Positions 28,297 through 34,111 of a DNA stretch of 34,111 nt are shown here, in pieces. Positions within the stretch are counted from its first letter, which is position 1, and the number at the start of each line of letters is the position of its first letter. The stretch is from an uncultured Gammaproteobacteria bacterium. Its GTDB lineage: Bacteria; Pseudomonadota; Gammaproteobacteria; Methylococcales; Methylomonadaceae. Location: contig CBDVDU010000001.1 in assembly GCA_965372825.1 (NCBI GenBank), forward strand, positions 1 through 34,111, in the 5' to 3' direction. Both the position numbers and the translations under genes were made by a program. The notes beneath the pieces are model-generated. The model saw only the letters and a list, made by a program, of their open reading frames with translations, did not search any database and was not told where the DNA came from.

Positions 28297-28425
28297 TAAT
28301 GCTATTGACTCAATATCTACTCCTTCTCCTGTGGGAGAAAGCAGGCATGTGGGAATTATAAATGCATAATTTATTCTCCTCACCCAACCCTCTCCAGCAA
28401 GAGAGGGCTTAAATCAACAGCATTA
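28297..28425 (-). mobile_element. BoxC-like element copy 2 with imperfect 17-bp terminal inverted repeats (MITE-like)
   Basis: TAATGCTATTGACTCAA (28297-28313) versus TTAAATCAACAGCATTA (28409-28425), 14/17 complementary; interior matches 18643-18745. Confidence 0.6.
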
Positions 28426-28428
28426 TCC

Positions 28429-29952
28429 TTAACCCCGCCCACCACTAAATAATTGATACGCAGGATTCTTAGTTTCTTCTATATAACGAAACCCTAAAGC
28501 GTCGAAGCATAACTGCACGGCTATCTTTTGCGATGCTTCAATTTGTACGCCAATCAATACCTTACCAAACGCTGAGCCGTGATTACGATAATGAAATAAA
28601 CTGATATTCCACTGACTACCTAAAGAAGTTAAAAAACGCAATAAAGCACCTGGGCGTTCAGGGAACTGTAAGCTATAAATAATTTCATTTAACTCACAAG
28701 GCGCGTGACCACCTACCATATAGCGGATATGCTCTTTCGCTAGCTCATTTTGAGTCATATCCGTGACAGTAAAGCCTTTATCTTCTAACTGACCAATGAT
28801 TTCAACTTTATCATTTATATCACCACTACTGGTGATACCGACAAATATCTGTGCGCTACTGTCATCAAAGTAACGGTAATTAAATTCAGTAATGCTACGC
28901 TTACCTAAGAGTTTACAGAAGGTTAAAAAGCTACCTGGCTGTTCAGGAATCTTTACCGCCAATAAAATCTCCCTATGCTCTCCCACTTGCGCACGCTCAG
29001 CAACATAACGTAAGCGATCAAAATTAATATTTGCCCCGCTTTCTATTGCTACTAAAGCTTTATCGCTAATCTTTTCTCGTTCAACATATTTCTTTAATCC
29101 TGCAATCGCTAACGCGCCAGCAGGCTCAGGTATAGACCGCGTATCATCAAAAATATCTTTAATCGCCGCACAAATTTCATCCGTACTAACAGTGATCACC
29201 TCATCGACTAGATTTCTAGCCAGACGAAACGGCTCTTTACCAATCTGCTTTACCGCGACACCGTCAGTAAACAATCCGACTTGTTTTAGTGTTACCCGTT
29301 TATGGGCTTTTAATGCTTGCTGTAAGCAATTAGAATCATCTGGCTCAACGCCAATAATTTTAATATCAGGACGTACAAATTTTGCATAAACCGCAATGCC
29401 TGCAATTAAACCACCACCACCAACAGGGACAAAAATGGCCTCAATAGCATCCGTTTTTTGACGTAAAATTTCCATCGCCACGGTGCCTTGTCCAGCAATG
29501 ACCTCCGGATCATCGTAAGGGTGCACAAAAGTCATCTTTTTTTCTTTTGCTAATGTTTTGGCATGCGTATAAGCATCATCAAAAGCATCGCCAAATAAAA
29601 CAACTTTTGCCCCGCGCGCGCGTACCGAATTCACTTTAATTTCAGGCGTGGTTTTAGGCATAACAATTAAAGCCTTGATGCCTAGTTTTTTAGCCGATAA
29701 AGCCACGCCTTGCGCATGATTTCCTGCTGATGCGGCAATCACACCATGACTTCTTTCTTGTTCTGTTAAAGAGGCAATTTTGTTATAAGCGCCCCGTAAT
29801 TTGAAAGAAAAAACTGGCTGTAAATCTTCACGCTTTAAAAAAACCTGGTTATTAATACGCTCAGATAAGACTGGAGCAAAATCCAAAGGACTTTCTTCAG
29901 CAACATCGTAAACTTTAGCGCGTAATATTTTTTCTATGTATTTTAGGGTCAT
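28429..29952 (-). CDS. ilvA: Threonine ammonia-lyase, biosynthetic
   Basis: KREDLQPVFSFKLRGA, ASAGNHAQG, PVGGGGL, two regulatory domains (PEQPGS, FPERPGAL, FHYRNHG). Confidence 0.96.
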   Translation of the reverse strand: MTLKYIEKILRAKVYDVAEESPLDFAPVLSERINNQVFLKREDLQPVFSFKLRGAYNKIASLTEQERSHGVIAASAGNHAQGVALSAKKLGIKALIVMPKTTPEIKVNSVRARGAKVVLFGDAFDDAYTHAKTLAKEKKMTFVHPYDDPEVIAGQGTVAMEILRQKTDAIEAIFVPVGGGGLIAGIAVYAKFVRPDIKIIGVEPDDSNCLQQALKAHKRVTLKQVGLFTDGVAVKQIGKEPFRLARNLVDEVITVSTDEICAAIKDIFDDTRSIPEPAGALAIAGLKKYVEREKISDKALVAIESGANINFDRLRYVAERAQVGEHREILLAVKIPEQPGSFLTFCKLLGKRSITEFNYRYFDDSSAQIFVGITSSGDINDKVEIIGQLEDKGFTVTDMTQNELAKEHIRYMVGGHAPCELNEIIYSLQFPERPGALLRFLTSLGSQWNISLFHYRNHGSAFGKVLIGVQIEASQKIAVQLCFDALGFRYIEETKNPAYQLFSGGRG

Positions 29953-30134
29953 AAATTAAAAAGGCTGAGTTCGATCATTGAAGCATTATCTTGCGTGTTT
30001 TCTCAATGCTTGAGTATAGCTTATCGGTAGTGCGCCGTGTTTCCAAGGCACCTAGACTCCAATACATAGAGATCAGATGGCGTTGTCCTTAGCTTAACTA
30101 AGCAAGTAAGGCTTTAGAAATGATGGTTTATATA

Positions 30135-31043
30135 CTAAATGCTTTTAAGGCGCTTAATCTGACGGCGAATTGCCGAGTTAAGTGTGCCTTTTTTATAGCG
30201 TCCTTTAAATATATGCTGAATTCGATAAACACTAGGAATATCAATGGCAACCCCTTGGCTACGAAGTAACCACCGAAAAGCTCTATCTTCATAGGCTTTA
30301 CACCAGTGTTCAGCAGGTTTCTGGTAAATACTAATATTATTGCAATAACCACAGGAGCGAGCCACATCACCATGGGTTATTTGCAATGGGCCTGTTGCAC
30401 GATTAACATTCATAACACTGAATGTGTTGGTGTCAATATCTAATAGCTGAGGTTCTGCGCCCTTTACTAGAATAGGATCATCCTCTGCTAATAATGTAGT
30501 AATACGTTCAGTCTGAGGGAATAGTAATACGTCTTTTCTACCCTGTAGCGCATCTGCTAAGCTATCTAAACATTGCTCATGAAAGACAAGGTCACAGTCA
30601 GTAAACCAAATCCAATGAGCCTTAGTGGAAAGCGCTGCTTTATTACGACCTATACTGCGTCTGAATAGCATTTCTTTAGGTAGCTCTTGCCAATTCCAGG
30701 TAACATTAGTAACTTTCTTGTTGCCAAAAAAATCTAGCATCTCCACTGTTTTTGAATCTTCGGCAGAATAAAAAACAGTCACTATAAGGTCTAATTTAGT
30801 TGGCGGATAATTTACTAAAGAACTTAATTGGTAATCTAATAAATAAGCATAGTTCCAGCAATGACTTACCAGCTCTAAGGTTAAATACCCTGTATTAGAT
30901 GTTATTTCAGAATCAGAAGGAATTGAAGGTAAAAAATAGTTGGCAGGTATTTTTCCACTCGCCGCAAAGCGAAAAAAATACTCGTGAAAAATATCACTCC
31001 AGTGAGCTTGTCTCCCCTTAGCTGGTGATTCTTTGTTATCCAT
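30135..31043 (-). CDS. Glycosyltransferase, GT-A fold (GT2-like)
   Basis: RSIGRNKAA followed by WIWFTDCD (DxD), later YED and a C-terminal His. Confidence 0.72.
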   Translation of the reverse strand: MDNKESPAKGRQAHWSDIFHEYFFRFAASGKIPANYFLPSIPSDSEITSNTGYLTLELVSHCWNYAYLLDYQLSSLVNYPPTKLDLIVTVFYSAEDSKTVEMLDFFGNKKVTNVTWNWQELPKEMLFRRSIGRNKAALSTKAHWIWFTDCDLVFHEQCLDSLADALQGRKDVLLFPQTERITTLLAEDDPILVKGAEPQLLDIDTNTFSVMNVNRATGPLQITHGDVARSCGYCNNISIYQKPAEHWCKAYEDRAFRWLLRSQGVAIDIPSVYRIQHIFKGRYKKGTLNSAIRRQIKRLKSI

Positions 31044-31297
31044 ATTTTATTTTTGAACTAATAGTTATAAATTTATAGTGTAATCTAGGTTCATTATCAT
31101 GAATCTGCTTTATGATACCTGATCTTCACTTTTTAAGTGATAGCAAATATTATAAAGTGGAACCCATACAGGTAAGCTCTTATGGAGCACCAATCCTAGC
31201 ACGTTAATAGACCTAGATTTACCAGTCCTATGAAACTAAATTACAAACCAGTCAGCGTGGTAATTGCTTCCGAAAAATTGCCTTCCATTAAGCTGAA

Positions 31298-32179
31298 TTA
31301 AGCACCAATATAAGTAAACACTTTTTGGGCAAAAACACGATTTACTTCTCGACACTCCTCCAATACTCCGTCGAAAGAAATTGCCCTTGGTATCACTTTT
31401 GAAAAATCATCAAACGACGAAACCAAAGGCATATATTTAAAATCAAAAAACTTTGACGAATTGGGCAGAATTACAACTTTTTTTCCACACAGTATTGACC
31501 AATACATAGCATGATAACTGTCTGTTACAACGTGATCTGAGGACTTTATTGCTGCAACAATATTTTCCAAGGTATCCGAGTTTGATACTACGTGAAAATC
31601 TCGAATTTTTCCTACCTTTTCTTTATTTTTAAGTGTTCTACGGTGCATAATTAACACCGTGTCTCGCTCCACCACAGCGGGAATATCGAAAATAGGGTGA
31701 AGACAACTTGCACACGGCACCCAGCTTGCCCCCCCCTTAAAATCACGCACACCAACCATTCCAAATCTATTGATATCAACATTATATTTAGGGTGATGAT
31801 TTTTTATATTCTTACTATTATGCCCAACTCCCCACAATACGATCTTTTTGCCTTTGGATGCTAAATATTCAAATAATCGCATCTGAAATGCAAAACTATT
31901 CCGGTTTAACAGCCCGCCCCCACCAACAATTATATGGCTATTCGACACAATATCAGACCAACCTGAAGTGTAATTCATGTCATTTTTTTTAAACCCGTTA
32001 ATATCAAGAGCTGTATTATTTAGTTCACTAAAATAGTGATATGGCGCACTAAAGTAATCACCGGCATTTGCATAATCAATTCTGTGAATACTTGCAATAC
32101 CTGGAATACTCTGTTGATTTTTCTGAATTTCAGTTAGTATTTTCCAACGGGTTGGATATTGTAAAAAAAGCGATTTCAT
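31298..32179 (-). CDS. Polysaccharide pyruvyl transferase family protein
   Basis: NAGD, IVGGGGL, WGVG, GVRD, TDSYHA motifs; AGG RBS. Confidence 0.75.
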   Translation of the reverse strand: MKSLFLQYPTRWKILTEIQKNQQSIPGIASIHRIDYANAGDYFSAPYHYFSELNNTALDINGFKKNDMNYTSGWSDIVSNSHIIVGGGGLLNRNSFAFQMRLFEYLASKGKKIVLWGVGHNSKNIKNHHPKYNVDINRFGMVGVRDFKGGASWVPCASCLHPIFDIPAVVERDTVLIMHRRTLKNKEKVGKIRDFHVVSNSDTLENIVAAIKSSDHVVTDSYHAMYWSILCGKKVVILPNSSKFFDFKYMPLVSSFDDFSKVIPRAISFDGVLEECREVNRVFAQKVFTYIGA

Positions 32180-32634
32180 AATCCTAATATACTCAAGTTA
32201 TAGTAATACCTTCGCCAAAAATCAGGCCACATTAGCATGAATTTTACCAATCCCTGCGTCTTGAAAAACCTTATCGGTCATTAAAACTCCTCTGCATTTA
32301 GGCTAAGCGAATCAATAATGTCCTAGTACTTTACCGATCTCTGACCTTCTTTCGTGTGTTTAAAGTTCTCGTCAATTTGGTGAATATATTGTATTTTATA
32401 TTTTATTCAGTTGAAATATGTAGTTAATTCCATCAAGGTTGTAACAATTGCGCGTCTAAATTTGCGCAGCTTAGAAAAACAACCTAATAATCGACTGGCG
32501 AGTATTTTATCACCTACACTTTTCTCATACCTCCCAGAAACAGGCCAATTCCAAAACCTTTTTATCTCAGGTAGGTTGGTTATTCAATATATTGCTGTGT
32601 ATTAAAACAGCCGAAAAATAACAGAGTCAACATA

Positions 32635-33717
32635 ATGGGTTTAATTACAACTATAAATACCAAAATTGCACAGCGACACGCAGCGGCACTTAATTCAGCC
32701 TCCAAAAAAGATATACGGTATCTGGTATCCAACCAAAACTGGTCAATTCACCACGACGGTGAATGTCTAATGCAAAATTTGCCTACCCTGACAGGAGAAC
32801 TGACCATCAGTCAAAAAGGCATTAATCACGGTATATTGCACTACGGAGGTATAGCAGATGCACTGAGCAGTGGAAAAATGCGTTGGCCAGACAGTAATCA
32901 GGTGCATTGCGGCCTAACCTGGTTTCATATTTTGGAGAATGACAAACGCCTACAACTCGTCAATGCTCTCGATAAAAGGTTGGCGTTTTGACATTCTTCC
33001 TGTCAAAGCACTATGGATCGCCTAATTAGTGCAGGCGCCGACCCCAGAAAATGCCATGTAATTCCTTTAGGCGTAGACCCAAATAAATTTCAGCCAGCAA
33101 CCACAGAACAGCGCAATCAACTACGTACACAGCTTGGCATTTCCGAGCATGCAAAAGTAATTGGGTCGTTTCAAAAAGATGGTAAAGGTTGGAATACGGG
33201 GCGACAACCAAAACTTGAGAAAGGGCCTGATATATTATGTGACGTGGCAGAAGGTCTCGCAAAAAACCATGAGGTCTTTGTAATTCTTAGTGGGCCTGCA
33301 CGCGGTTATGTAAAACAACGACTGGAAAAATCTAACATCTCTTATTTTCATACAGGCTACTTAAAACATGCGAATGATGTAGCTCCATTTTTTGCAGCAT
33401 TGGATGTTTACTTGATTAGTTCGAGAATAGAAGGTGGGCCTAAGGCAGCCCTTGAAGCGCCCGCAAGTGGCATACCTTTGGTGAGCACTGCGGTGGGTAT
33501 GGTACCTGATATAATTACTCACGGCATAAATGGATTGATAAATGAAGTAGAAGATGTACGCGGCTTAATAGAAAGCTGTGAGAAAGTATTCAATTCCTCT
33601 GATTTAGCAAGTAAGTTATGTTTCAGTGGTCGTCAACTTGCGGAGTCTTTGTCTTGGCAGATTATTGCCCAACGATACTACAATGAATTGTATTTACCCT
33701 TATTACAAAATACTTAA
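32635..33717 (+). pseudogene. GT4 (GT-B) glycosyltransferase interrupted by one in-frame TGA at 32989-32991
   Basis: ORFs 32635-32991 and 33013-33717 share a frame (offset 378 nt) with open codons between; IPLGVD, KGPD, SRIEGGPKAALEA, STAVG GT4 motifs. Confidence 0.8.
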
Positions 33718-34111
33718 ACTGGTTTGAGGTCATTTATCGAACATCAAAGCCAAAAACTGCTAGAAAATTTAGTTTGTGTAGGAAAAACATTCCTATGCGT
33801 AGCTATTTTAAAGAAAATTACTATAAATGATCATTTGCAGGTAACAGGCAAAGGACGAGAACAGTATATTTTAGAGCACCCTCAAGATGCTGAAGATATA
33901 AGAAGCTTAGTTGCTGCTAGATTATAAAAAGTTAGAAGAATATTGATACTTGTAAAAATTCGCCATCTAGTTGAATATTATGGCACTATACAAATAATAC
34001 TCTAACTTTGTAGGCTGAGCTTCATATTCTTCTACCATTTTCCTTGAAATCAATTACTTTGCTGTTTAAACTCATTCCTTTAACAGCGAAACCCCATTTT
34101 CGGCAAGCCCT

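Noticed and set aside
29953-30134. Ile/Val/Thr leader-peptide attenuator for ilvA
   Set aside because: No short ORF rich in those codons and no terminator-antiterminator pair seen; a GTAG-headed weak palindrome at about 30027-30051 is too degenerate to call
32989-33020. Selenocysteine or genome-wide TGA=Trp recoding
   Set aside because: No evident SECIS hairpin after the TGA, GT4 enzymes are not known selenoproteins, and TGA ends several intact genes here
1188-33262. Short alternative-frame and antisense ORFs in the track (e.g. 1188-1370, 6777-7157, 10148-10456, 14708-15013, 21052-21381, 27298-27564, 33026-33262)
   Set aside because: They overlap well-supported genes and show no motifs or RBS; typical shadow ORFs
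33724-33927. 67-aa ORF after the GT4 gene (and 64-aa ORF at 32411-32605)
   Set aside because: TTG starts without clear RBS and no recognisable family; cannot be supported without a search

Overview
AT-rich gammaproteobacterial chromosome segment, standard genetic code; the gene set and repeats suggest a marine Methylococcales-like organism (inference only). The backbone is mostly housekeeping: envC-ctpA-yibQ-like, cysI-type sulfite reductase plus DUF934, nhaD, ampG, xth, rpmE, gltA, hemL, relA, ilvA. Accessory or poorly understood modules are (i) two tandem ~83%-identical Cys-rich ~7-TM proteins (DUF5765-like) directly upstream of a complete six-gene TtpB/TtpC/ExbB/ExbD/TonB/TPR (TonB2-type) operon with no adjacent receptor gene; (ii) a Cache-HAMP-GAF-HD-GYP phosphodiesterase; (iii) an overlapping two-gene unit, a Ser-repeat lipoprotein plus a secreted His...Cys permuted-papain (DUF4105/Lnb-like) enzyme with a ~330-aa insertion, whose N-terminus is partly encoded by a REP palindrome; (iv) a RelA lacking its ACT domain; (v) a terminal polysaccharide-modification cluster with a GT4 gene split by one in-frame TGA. 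Intergenic DNA holds at least three REP families, a BoxC-like/MITE-like element in two copies and a ~110-bp REP-plus-tail repeat in two copies. No rRNA, tRNA, CRISPR array or intact transposase was seen. The best candidates for an undescribed system are (iii) and (i). All family assignments are from motif recognition, not database searches.
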